In this document: positions 1-8,900 of the stretch, piece by piece | Position numbering within the stretch: the first letter of the stretch is position 1 | Layout: each line of letters opens with the position of its first letter | Origin: a virus | Lineage: Duplodnaviria > Caudoviricetes | Length of the DNA stretch: 52,592 nt | Reading direction: 5' to 3' (one strand) | Virus record (IMG/VR): IMGVR_UViG_3300010389_000023 | Coordinates: 1-52,592 of that record | Notes under the pieces: model-generated | The model's database searches: none | What the model was told of the DNA's origin: nothing | The model's input: only the letters and a program-made list of their open reading frames with translations | Translations under genes and position numbers: made by a program

Positions 1-344
1 ACAAACATAGCATTGTTTGTGACCTTGGTTGGACCTTTCTTTTCCTCATCAAGATCCTTCATCTTCTTATGAAGATCCTGTAGTTTCTCAGTCATGTCTG
101 CAACGTGCTTCATTGCCGCTACAGCGACCTCATATGCTCTCGGGTGTCCACTCTCCTGAGCGACCTCTAAAGCGCCTCTGACCGCCTCCTGACCCTGATC
201 TATGAGGCTGTATAGTTCGCCTCTGGTATATTCATAATCTTTCTGGCGATCGTCATCAGTTTTCTCAACCTTTACTGGTGGTTTTTCTTCCACAGGTTCA
301 GCACTGATATTGAGGATCTCCTCCATGTTCTCTTCTAGGCTCAT
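1..344 (-). CDS. gp16: Terminase small subunit (T4 gp16-like), runs off the window edge
   Basis: Not in ORF track; hand translation from ATG at 344 (ATGA overlap with gp15 stop): MSLEENMEEIL...DYEYTRGELYSLIDQGQEAVRGALEVAQESGHPRAYEVA...TNNAMFV. DYEY and HPRAYEV motifs plus position after gp15. Confidence 0.92.
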   Translation of the reverse strand, partial: MSLEENMEEILNISAEPVEEKPPVKVEKTDDDRQKDYEYTRGELYSLIDQGQEAVRGALEVAQESGHPRAYEVAVAAMKHVADMTEKLQDLHKKMKDLDEEKKGPTKVTNNAMF

Positions 345-1141
345 AAGAATTCAATTCCTTCATTAAATCCAAAGTCATCATCAGCAGTCAATAGAAGATC
401 ATCTAGACCATCAATATTTCCATCATTATTAATATCTGTTGTTGCTTTGGGTGTATATGTTCTTGTAATAGTTCTGCGACTTACGTTATTATCACCAAGC
501 GTTTCGTGAATAATTGCTTTTTTAATAACGTTTGCGGTGTTGTATGGACCGTAGAGATAAGTTTTTGCAGTGAAACTTAATGTATATGTAATATATCTAC
601 GTTGTAAAAAATCACCGTCCCAAGTATCTTCGTGACTAATGTTATTTAAAACAATAGCAACATCTCTCTTTTCATCCATATCTGGAATCATATTAAGAGT
701 TAGAGAAAATGAAGGTTGAAAATATGGAAGTATTTGTTCAACCATTTGCAAAGCATCATCTTGAGATTTGGCAATAAGTCCTAGTTCAAAACTTATATTA
801 TAAGGAACAGGAACATATTGAACTCTGACTTCATTACCATCATCATCAATGATCGTTTTATATTTTTGAATTGGTGATGTCTTACGAGTAGAATCGTAAT
901 CAAGACCTGTCATTTCAAAATAAAGACGTGGTAGAGTGATTGATACTTTTCTTAGGTCTGGATTTTCTTCTAATCTAACAATAAATTTTTGCTTAGGTCC
1001 GTAAGCAAGTGGAACTTTCTGCTGTTCAATAACCGAACCATCAGAAGGATCTATTCTTTTTATTTCTAAGTTATTAAAAAGAGTACCGAAGGCAATAACT
1101 GTTCTTCTTATTGCTTCGTTATAAAAATGAGAACCTAACAT
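341..1141 (-). CDS. gp15: Tail sheath stabiliser / tail completion protein (T4 gp15-like)
   Basis: FYNEAIRR..IAFGTLFNN, VPLAYGPKQKF, LPRLYFEM, VPYNISFEL, QMVEQILPYFQP motifs; gp13-14-15-16 synteny. Confidence 0.95.
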   Translation of the reverse strand: MLGSHFYNEAIRRTVIAFGTLFNNLEIKRIDPSDGSVIEQQKVPLAYGPKQKFIVRLEENPDLRKVSITLPRLYFEMTGLDYDSTRKTSPIQKYKTIIDDDGNEVRVQYVPVPYNISFELGLIAKSQDDALQMVEQILPYFQPSFSLTLNMIPDMDEKRDVAIVLNNISHEDTWDGDFLQRRYITYTLSFTAKTYLYGPYNTANVIKKAIIHETLGDNNVSRRTITRTYTPKATTDINNDGNIDGLDDLLLTADDDFGFNEGIEFL

Positions 1142-2088
1142 TAGAATGGATCAGTAAAGTTACCGTATTCGCCAAATGGATTTCTCTCAGTGAAATCGAG
1201 AATATCGTCAGCAGCTTGCTCAATATATTTATTATCATCATATTCATTATTACCATTATCGATATTCACAGTTGGATCTTGTGTATCAATAATCCATACA
1301 CCATCACTTTCGAAGTATGATCCATTTTCTTTTAGAACTGCTTGTCCAGCAGCAAAATCTCCAGTCACATTAATTAGTTTTAAAATTCTATCTGGAGCAT
1401 ACCAGTTAGCAACTTCTCCTGTGATGCCAAGTGGTACAAAAATAAGTCCTCCCTGTCCATCATCGGAAACAGAATGATATTCAATAGTATCTCCCTTAAC
1501 AAAATCTCCAGTACCACCTTCAGCAAGTAGAATAGAAATTGCATAATCATTTTCTAATTCCACATTATCAACTTCAACAATGTCAGTATTAAATACATCA
1601 TTGCCAACATCATATATCTCACAAGTCATTGTGTAAAAATAGATTTTGCCTAATTGATAAAATGGTGCTTCTCTTTCTACATATTTAATCTCATATAAAT
1701 TTTCTGTTAGAGGAAAGTATATTAAGTCTCCTTCGTTTGGTCTATCTCTTATCTTAATTGCATCTTGTATTTTTAAAACTTCATGCTCCCATCTTCTCTT
1801 AGATACGGTAATTTTAATTTCATCAGTAATCTTTAGACCAAATTTACTAATAAATTCTGTATTATCTCCAAATCCCTGTACATTTTGAAGCATAACTTCT
1901 AATGTAATATGACGATTGAATTCTGAATGAATAATTTCATCCAAAACACCATCTGTAATATTTTGTCTAGGCAAATATACCACATCAGCACCAAACAGTT
2001 TGATCTGTTCGTCTACTAAATCTTGAATTAAGTTTGTTTCTGAACTATTATTTTGAAAGTCCAGAGGAAAATAGTGACTAGTAGGCAT
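1141..2088 (-). CDS. gp14: Neck protein (T4 gp14-like)
   Basis: LIQDLVDEQIKLFG..VVYLPR, SKFG, RPNEGDLIYFP, LYEIKYVE..PFYQLGK, terminal DFTERNPFG. Confidence 0.95.
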   Translation of the reverse strand: MPTSHYFPLDFQNNSSETNLIQDLVDEQIKLFGADVVYLPRQNITDGVLDEIIHSEFNRHITLEVMLQNVQGFGDNTEFISKFGLKITDEIKITVSKRRWEHEVLKIQDAIKIRDRPNEGDLIYFPLTENLYEIKYVEREAPFYQLGKIYFYTMTCEIYDVGNDVFNTDIVEVDNVELENDYAISILLAEGGTGDFVKGDTIEYHSVSDDGQGGLIFVPLGITGEVANWYAPDRILKLINVTGDFAAGQAVLKENGSYFESDGVWIIDTQDPTVNIDNGNNEYDDNKYIEQAADDILDFTERNPFGEYGNFTDPF

Positions 2089-2089
2089 T

Positions 2090-2890
2090 TTATCCGATCA
2101 TGTCCATTGGTGGAATAGCATACTTACTGAGAACTTCGCTTTCTATTTGCTGAATTTCTGCTAGAGCATCTTCATACAATTGTCTTCCATTCATAGTAAT
2201 ACCACCAGGAAGTTGAACATTATTAAACTTGATCATATTCTGTCCCCATTGTCTTTTAATTAAGGAAGTAGCATATCTCTTCAAAAACATATCATTATAC
2301 ATCTCTGTTGCATCACTAGGATCAATAAGACGATGTGCTTCGATCAAAAGATATTTTCCTTCGGAAAGAAAATCGGCATCTACATCAAGATATAAACGAT
2401 CGCGGCGTTGTGTGTATCTAAACTGTTGGAATGATCCATTGTTCAGAACCATATCAAGAGTTTCTAAATATTGTTTAGTCATGAAATAATTTAGAATATC
2501 AAGTGATCCAAAAGCATAGAGATCATTTAGGTATAACTGATATTCAACTCCCCATAAATTTGAGCGGATCGTATTGCTTACTAATCCAAATACTTTACTG
2601 ATGCCAACTACATGATCTGGAATAGGAATATAATTTGTTGCTTCATTCCAAGATGTAGTTCCTTCAGTAGTAGTTACAGTTGCCTTAAATCTTGCAATAT
2701 CATCGGCAGTCAAAGAATGTGTGAGATAGCATCTCTCCATACCGTTATAACAGTTCTCTTGAAAAAATTGAATAGCATCATCAACAAGATCATCAACTTG
2801 ATCTACATCAACATTGATTTCTAATACTGGTGCTCCTAATTTTCTCAGACAATAATCGGTAAACTCTGTCCTAGATGCTGGTTGAGCCAT
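2090..2890 (-). CDS. gp13: Neck protein / head-tail adaptor (T4 gp13-like)
   Basis: YCLRKLGAPVLEINVD..Q, KRYATSLIKRQWGQN..KF, LPGGITMNG motifs. Confidence 0.95.
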   Translation of the reverse strand: MAQPASRTEFTDYCLRKLGAPVLEINVDVDQVDDLVDDAIQFFQENCYNGMERCYLTHSLTADDIARFKATVTTTEGTTSWNEATNYIPIPDHVVGISKVFGLVSNTIRSNLWGVEYQLYLNDLYAFGSLDILNYFMTKQYLETLDMVLNNGSFQQFRYTQRRDRLYLDVDADFLSEGKYLLIEAHRLIDPSDATEMYNDMFLKRYATSLIKRQWGQNMIKFNNVQLPGGITMNGRQLYEDALAEIQQIESEVLSKYAIPPMDMIG

Positions 2891-2911
2891 TATTGCAAAG
2901 TAATTTAGAAA

Positions 2912-2919
2912 TATTTATG
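2912..2919 (-). promoter_or_regulatory. T4-type late promoter (CATAAATA) for gp13
   Basis: 7/8 match to TATAAATA, about 20 nt upstream of the gp13 ATG. Confidence 0.6.
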
Positions 2920-2939
2920 TGTTAACATCATTCATAAAT

Positions 2940-3125
2940 TCAAACTATTATTGCTGGGTCTGTAAACAAACCAGTTTCTTCATCATAAGTCCACCCAATA
3001 TCAACAAGTTGTTCTTCTTGTAATTGTATTAAACTCAATCCTGGTCCTGGTGACCATTCGGAAACTCCATCCCATAAAACAATATTTACAACATAGTTGT
3101 TAGAATCTATGACTGCGTATCTCAT
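2940..3125 (-). CDS. Small tail-fibre-assembly-like protein
   Basis: MRYAVID..VVNIVLWDG..W.P....IGWTYD...F..P pattern typical of small proteins encoded after fibre/Gly-rich adhesin genes. Confidence 0.6.
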   Translation of the reverse strand: MRYAVIDSNNYVVNIVLWDGVSEWSPGPGLSLIQLQEEQLVDIGWTYDEETGLFTDPAIIV

Positions 3126-3178
3126 ATGAAAAATAGAAATAGAAACTCTAAATTAATTTAGGAAAGTATTTTATCCGT

Positions 3179-5683
3179 TTATGCTGGATTTAATGCGATA
3201 GTATATGCTTTCCAAGCATCGTCTCCTGGTGTAGTAAATGCACCAGGATTCTCAGCACCTGCAGTTGATTGGAGTAAGTAAGCAGTCATAATTGTCGCAC
3301 CAGAACCATTATTTGCGCCAGTATCTTCAGTAGGTCCAAGAGTATAACCAGAAGGTGCTGTTGTACCACTTGCGGAGTCATCATCGTCCAAGAATCCCAC
3401 ACTTACAATCATACATCCATCGGTTGTTGTAGTAATGGATGGAGAATTTGGATCTCCGCTGCCTGCAGTGGCTTCTTGAGTTGTTGTATTAAATACGGTT
3501 GTTGTATTTACATTTCTAAACGCCATCATTACATACACTGCGCCAGAGTTTGGATCCGTTAGGTTATTAGCACTTACTGAAGTTCCTGAAGATACGATAT
3601 AGTAGAAGGAGCTATCTGGAACATTATCGTTATCTGGTTGAGCGCCAGTATTATTAGTAGTTCCTTCGCTCCATCCAGTAGGATCAGCTCCCATATTACC
3701 CGAGTCAGTAGCACCAAAAAGAAGAACAACATCACCAGACTGTATGCCTGTTAATGTCATTGTTCCACCAGACTGTGATGTAGTTCCTGTTACATATTCT
3801 ATACCTGATGCGGTTTCAGTTGATAATCCTGCTTGAGATAGTCCGAGAGCAACTGCCTTTGCGTTATAAATTTGTCCGATTTCGGAATGACTGAGTTCTC
3901 TGTTATAAATCAAAACCTTCGCAACTTGACCATCTACATAACCTTCTTCTCCAGCATTAGCACGACCTATGGCAACATTTGTTGACGTTGTAGTATTAAT
4001 GGTTTGAGTTCCAGTATTATAATTCACAAGTTTTTCTGCATTGTGATATAGAGTTATACCTTCAAGATCATTATTTGCTCCTGTACCAATAGTAATGGTA
4101 TTTGTTCCTGTAGTTCCTGATGCTCCTTCTGTGTTTGTATCTGATATTGAGATACTGGAAGAACCACCAGAACTTCCACTATCACCATCTCCACTTCCTC
4201 CGTCTCCACCAGAACCAACGGTTACTGTGTATTGTTGCCCAGCAGATACTGTCCAGCTTCCGTAAGCAAGAGCACCGCCGCCACCGCCACCGCCACCTTC
4301 ATCATCCTTATCGGGGTCATTATCACCACCACCGCCACCACCACCGACTACAACAGCAGAAACAGATGTTACGCCAGAAGGAACTGTGAACGTTCCACTA
4401 GAAGTAAATGTTTGTTGATTTGATATTCCATCTGCTGCATTTGATGGGTACGAATAACTACCCCAAACAAATCTCACAACACCATTTCCACCATCACCAC
4501 CAGAACCAAAACCACCGTCTCCTTCAACGCCGCCACCGCCGCCGCCATAGTTACCACCATCGCCGCCAGTACCATTGGTATTTTGTCCATCAACACCACC
4601 AGAACCGCCACCTCTTGGAGCAGTTCCACTAGAACCAGCTCCATATATTCCTACACCACCACCACCATCACCATCATTAGAACCACCAGCACCACCGCCA
4701 CCAGAACCATTTTGGTTTTCTCCACCACCATTACCAGTATATCCACCAGCTCCAGCGCCACCGCCACCGTCTTCATTTCCACTGCCGCCAGAACCACCAG
4801 ATCCTCCATTAGTCCTCGATAATCCACCAGAAGACCCACCATTACCACCACCACCGCCGCCACCGCTTCCGCCGCCACCGCCTCCAGCAGTTAAGTGGTT
4901 ATTGGTGAAGGTTAAAGTTGTGCCAGATATAGTAGTTGTAAGGTTGTTTGATAGGGTAATAGTTCCTGAAGAGCTATTAAACGCCGTAACTGTTGTGTTG
5001 TTAGGAACTCCTGTTCCAGTGACTACAGTTCCTACCTCAATAAAATCAAAAATGGCATCAGGCGTTCCACCACCCGAACTACCTGGCCAGGTAGCTGAAA
5101 TCATATTCCAACCATTTACTGTGAGAGTTTTTGTTGCTAGTTGAGCACCACCAGCAACTCCCATATTAAACTGATTAGAAGTATTGAGTTCCATTGCCCA
5201 TTTACCACCACTAGTGGCAGGGTCTCCCCAAGTAAGAAGTCTTTGTTGACTTGTAATAGTATTAGAGTCTAGTTTAAAAAATATAATAGATGTTCTTGCT
5301 GTTGTGCCAGTGACTCCATTGTATCCAGACAGGTTTACATAGTCATCAACGCCATCAAATACTAACTTACCAAAGTCACCAGAATTATAAGATGCTCCAT
5401 TTGTAAGTGTTCCGTTTCTATCAAAAGTTCCTATATCTTCAACTCCACCTGTACCAGTGTTACTCTCTGATATTTGTCCATCCCAATGAAGTTGAAGTCC
5501 ACTTGCTGGGACACCATCTGTACCATAAAAATTTGAAAAACTTATGGCACCACTTGTTGGAGCATTATCCTGACCATAATATTCACCAAGTTCCAGTGGA
5601 CCTGCTGTAGTTGGAGCAGTATCTCCACTGAACTCTTGGTGAATAGCTGATAGTGATATTGATCCTGAAGCAGGTAGTGTCAT
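3179..5683 (-). CDS. Gly-rich putative fibre-tip adhesin with LamG/ConA-like domain
   Basis: N-terminal TLPASGSISLS..EF...GAISFSNFYG motif; LamG-like FDGVDDYV and GQVAKVLIYNRELS; long polyglycine tracts; separate C-terminal domain of about 200 aa. Confidence 0.75.
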   Translation of the reverse strand: MTLPASGSISLSAIHQEFSGDTAPTTAGPLELGEYYGQDNAPTSGAISFSNFYGTDGVPASGLQLHWDGQISESNTGTGGVEDIGTFDRNGTLTNGASYNSGDFGKLVFDGVDDYVNLSGYNGVTGTTARTSIIFFKLDSNTITSQQRLLTWGDPATSGGKWAMELNTSNQFNMGVAGGAQLATKTLTVNGWNMISATWPGSSGGGTPDAIFDFIEVGTVVTGTGVPNNTTVTAFNSSSGTITLSNNLTTTISGTTLTFTNNHLTAGGGGGGSGGGGGGGNGGSSGGLSRTNGGSGGSGGSGNEDGGGGAGAGGYTGNGGGENQNGSGGGGAGGSNDGDGGGGVGIYGAGSSGTAPRGGGSGGVDGQNTNGTGGDGGNYGGGGGGVEGDGGFGSGGDGGNGVVRFVWGSYSYPSNAADGISNQQTFTSSGTFTVPSGVTSVSAVVVGGGGGGGDNDPDKDDEGGGGGGGGALAYGSWTVSAGQQYTVTVGSGGDGGSGDGDSGSSGGSSSISISDTNTEGASGTTGTNTITIGTGANNDLEGITLYHNAEKLVNYNTGTQTINTTTSTNVAIGRANAGEEGYVDGQVAKVLIYNRELSHSEIGQIYNAKAVALGLSQAGLSTETASGIEYVTGTTSQSGGTMTLTGIQSGDVVLLFGATDSGNMGADPTGWSEGTTNNTGAQPDNDNVPDSSFYYIVSSGTSVSANNLTDPNSGAVYVMMAFRNVNTTTVFNTTTQEATAGSGDPNSPSITTTTDGCMIVSVGFLDDDDSASGTTAPSGYTLGPTEDTGANNGSGATIMTAYLLQSTAGAENPGAFTTPGDDAWKAYTIALNPA

Positions 5684-5700
5684 AAGTCGTTTCTAACTTA

Positions 5701-5961
5701 TCATGCAGGTTCTTCTTCTGCTGGTGGTTCTTCTACAGCATCTGGATCTACAAAAGAAATTGCACCAATTGCTGCCTTATTCTCAACTCCTCTAAGTTGA
5801 CCTTCGAGAATTTCTTCAAAATAATCCTCATCAATAGAACCATCTTCTAGATGTGGAATGTTGACCGCTCTGGTGTGAGTAAATCCATCAGCATTGGTAT
5901 ATGTAACCTCAACTGTCTTATCTTCTTCAGCATAATCTGCTACTGTGTATGTAATATTCAT
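5701..5961 (-). CDS. Hypothetical acidic protein, possible fibre chaperone/adaptor
   Basis: 86-aa ORF packed between the fibre and the adhesin; function inferred from position only. Confidence 0.7.
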   Translation of the reverse strand: MNITYTVADYAEEDKTVEVTYTNADGFTHTRAVNIPHLEDGSIDEDYFEEILEGQLRGVENKAAIGAISFVDPDAVEEPPAEEEPA

Positions 5962-5965
5962 TATC

Positions 5966-8900
5966 CTATTTTCTAAGTTCAGTAATTTGTTGCTTGAGAC
6001 TATTTATCTGATTTTGTTGCTCTTTAATTGCCTCAATCAATAATCCAACCATATTGCCATAAGCAACAGATTTGATTCCATCTTCATTAGTTTCTACTGC
6101 TTCAGGAAGAACTTCTTCAACCTCTTGGGCAATGACACCAGTGTGGCGCTTATCACTATCCAAATCTGTTCTATCGTAAGTGATGCCTCTAAGTGATTGA
6201 AGTTTATCAAGAGCATTTGGAATAAGTTCAATGTTTTCTTTAAGAGTTATATCCGAATATGCAGTTACATTTCCTGTTGCAGTAAAATCACCTGTAGATC
6301 TTGCAAATGTAAATCTTGTTGTTGTTCCATCTCTCATAAACAATGAACCAACACCAGTGCTGTTCATATCAAAATACATATTCGACCCATTGCAGAACAT
6401 TTCAAAATCATCTCCAGTTCCAAAAGTCTGGATAATATTATCATTGAATCTTAAAGTTCCAGATGTTTTTTGATCAGCAGCATCAGACCTTAAGAACTGA
6501 GAACTATCGACACCATCAAGAGTCCCTGCATTGGTGGCGGTGGCAGCATTGCCAGTGATACTAATACCCCAAGTTCCTGAAGCATTAGCACCAGTTGTAC
6601 TTGGAGCACCAATCGTATTATAAGAAACTGTTAAAGCACTACCTCCATTAAATGTACTGCCAGATGCACCACCACTGCCTCCATTATTAAATGTAACACT
6701 ATTAGAAGTATTAGCAGTAATAGTAATGTTTGCAGAACCATTAAAACTTGTTCCGTTGATGGTTCTTGCGGTTTGTAAAGTAGTTGCTGTAGCAGAATTG
6801 CCAGTGATATTAATACCCCAAGTTCCTGAAGCATTGCCACCAGTTCTTGTGGGGACATCTAATACTGTTCGGAAGTTTGTTGGAGTATAATAACGAATAT
6901 ATCCATCCTGAGAAGCATAAACTCTAGTAATAGCAGTTGTGCCATTATCACCTGAGATTGTATTAATCCAACCTGCTTGAATATATCCATTGCCATCAGT
7001 TCTTACAATTCTATTTGCTACATTGTTTGTTCCTGTATGAACTTGAAGTCCATCAACAGTATCAGCATCTAGACCACTACCAGAACCATCGTTACCAGCG
7101 TGCCATACAATATTAGCATTGCCTGCGTAGATGTTGTTTGAAGCAACTCTTAATTGACCATTAGATTCAATTTGGAATACATTAGTAGTATTATTTTTAA
7201 ATACAAAACCTCTATTAGTTCCTCCAGTCATTCTGAAGTACATATTATAGTCAGAAGTTGAATCTAGTCTTCCACCCCAAGTTGCATTGACCGCAGAGGA
7301 CATCCATATCTTATAACTATCACTATCCCAGAATCTCAAACCGCGACCATCACCCGCAGCAAGTCTTGCATCTACAGAATTTGCAGCATCCGATCTAAAG
7401 AACTGAGTGCTATTAAGACCATCAAGTAAATCAGAATCTGCTGCTTTACCTGTAGTAGATAACTTACCATCTAGAGCAGTTTGGAGACCGTCTACATTAC
7501 TGATGATATGGTTGTGTGAGTCATCTGCAACAACAATAGCATTATAAGTTCCTGATACATCTCCACCAAAACTTGTGGATGTAGTTAGTGCTGTAGATGC
7601 TGGTTGATAATAAGAACTTTGTTGTCCATCAAGTAGGTCGGCATCCAATCCAGAACCAGCTCCTTGATATGAAATTTGTGCTGGGTGAACCATTCCAGTT
7701 CCTTCATATCCAGCATTATCATTCTTTGTCCAGGCAATGCCTGTTAAGTGCAATCTTCCAACTCTATTTAGAATTCTGATAGCAGTAAAATGGTCCAAAC
7801 CACTACCAACATGGGTAATAGACATACCATCATGTTGATCTGGATCACCCTCATTTGTATTTTCTACAGTTTGTCTTGTATTAATCCTTCTTAAAAATAC
7901 CAATCCACCATCAGATTGTACTCCATAACAATCAGCATATCCACCACTGCTCCACTGAAGTTGACTTATCCAACAAGACTTATATCCAGAAGGAATGTTA
8001 TATTGAACATATCCAGAACCATCAACATATCTATATTCATCATAAACATTATTAAACTTGGGATCTCCCCAAGAACTGGTATTTGATGCAGTTGTCCAAG
8101 TTCCAGATACTGCATCTGGAGAGTTGATATTAGTTTCGTAGTAGTTTTGGAGGAATCCAGTCGAATCAATACCATCAAGTAAATTAGAATCTGCTGCTTT
8201 ACCTGTAGTAGATAATTTGCCATCTAATGCTGTTTGGAGACCGTCTACATTACTAATGATATGGTTGTGGGAATCATCGGCAACGGTGGCAGTAATCGTG
8301 ATGTTGGAACTTCCGTTAAAGTTCGCAGAACCACTCAGGTCGCCGCCAAGTGCAATGTTGCGACTGTTGGCAAGAGTAGAGGCAGTTGATGCGTTACCAG
8401 TAATGCTAATGCCCCAAGTTCCCGAAGCATCGCCACCAGTTCTTGTGGGGACATTCAGGGATGATCTCATACCAGTAGCATTATTCTTTCTGATGTAATC
8501 ATCAGTGGATGAGTAAAAGATGGTGTCACTAGAACGAGTTCCAGTGGCGTGAGACATATTAAAGTAAGTTCCAAATCCATATCTTACGGTTAAATCTCCA
8601 GATCCATTTCTCAATGCGATAGTGTTTGCGGTTGCTCCCGTTGCTGTGTTGTATCCATCCAATAAATCAGCATCTAAACCAGATCCAGCACCATCATTAC
8701 CAGCGTGCCAATACTTGGAACCACTATTATCTGCACCGCCTTTCCACAAGTCACCATCTGAACCCATCCAAGCAACAATACCACTAGCACCATTGCCAAA
8801 TCCAACACCTGCAGTTCCAGCATAATAATTCAAGTACATTGCTGATGAAGTAGCGGCATCCATATGAAGATTACCGTTTGTAGTTGCTAAACTTACCGTA

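Noticed and set aside
4575-5144. 189-aa Pro-rich plus-strand ORF and His-rich ORFs at 4120-4632
   Set aside because: Antisense shadows of GGT/GGC glycine codons in the adhesin; no initiation signals.
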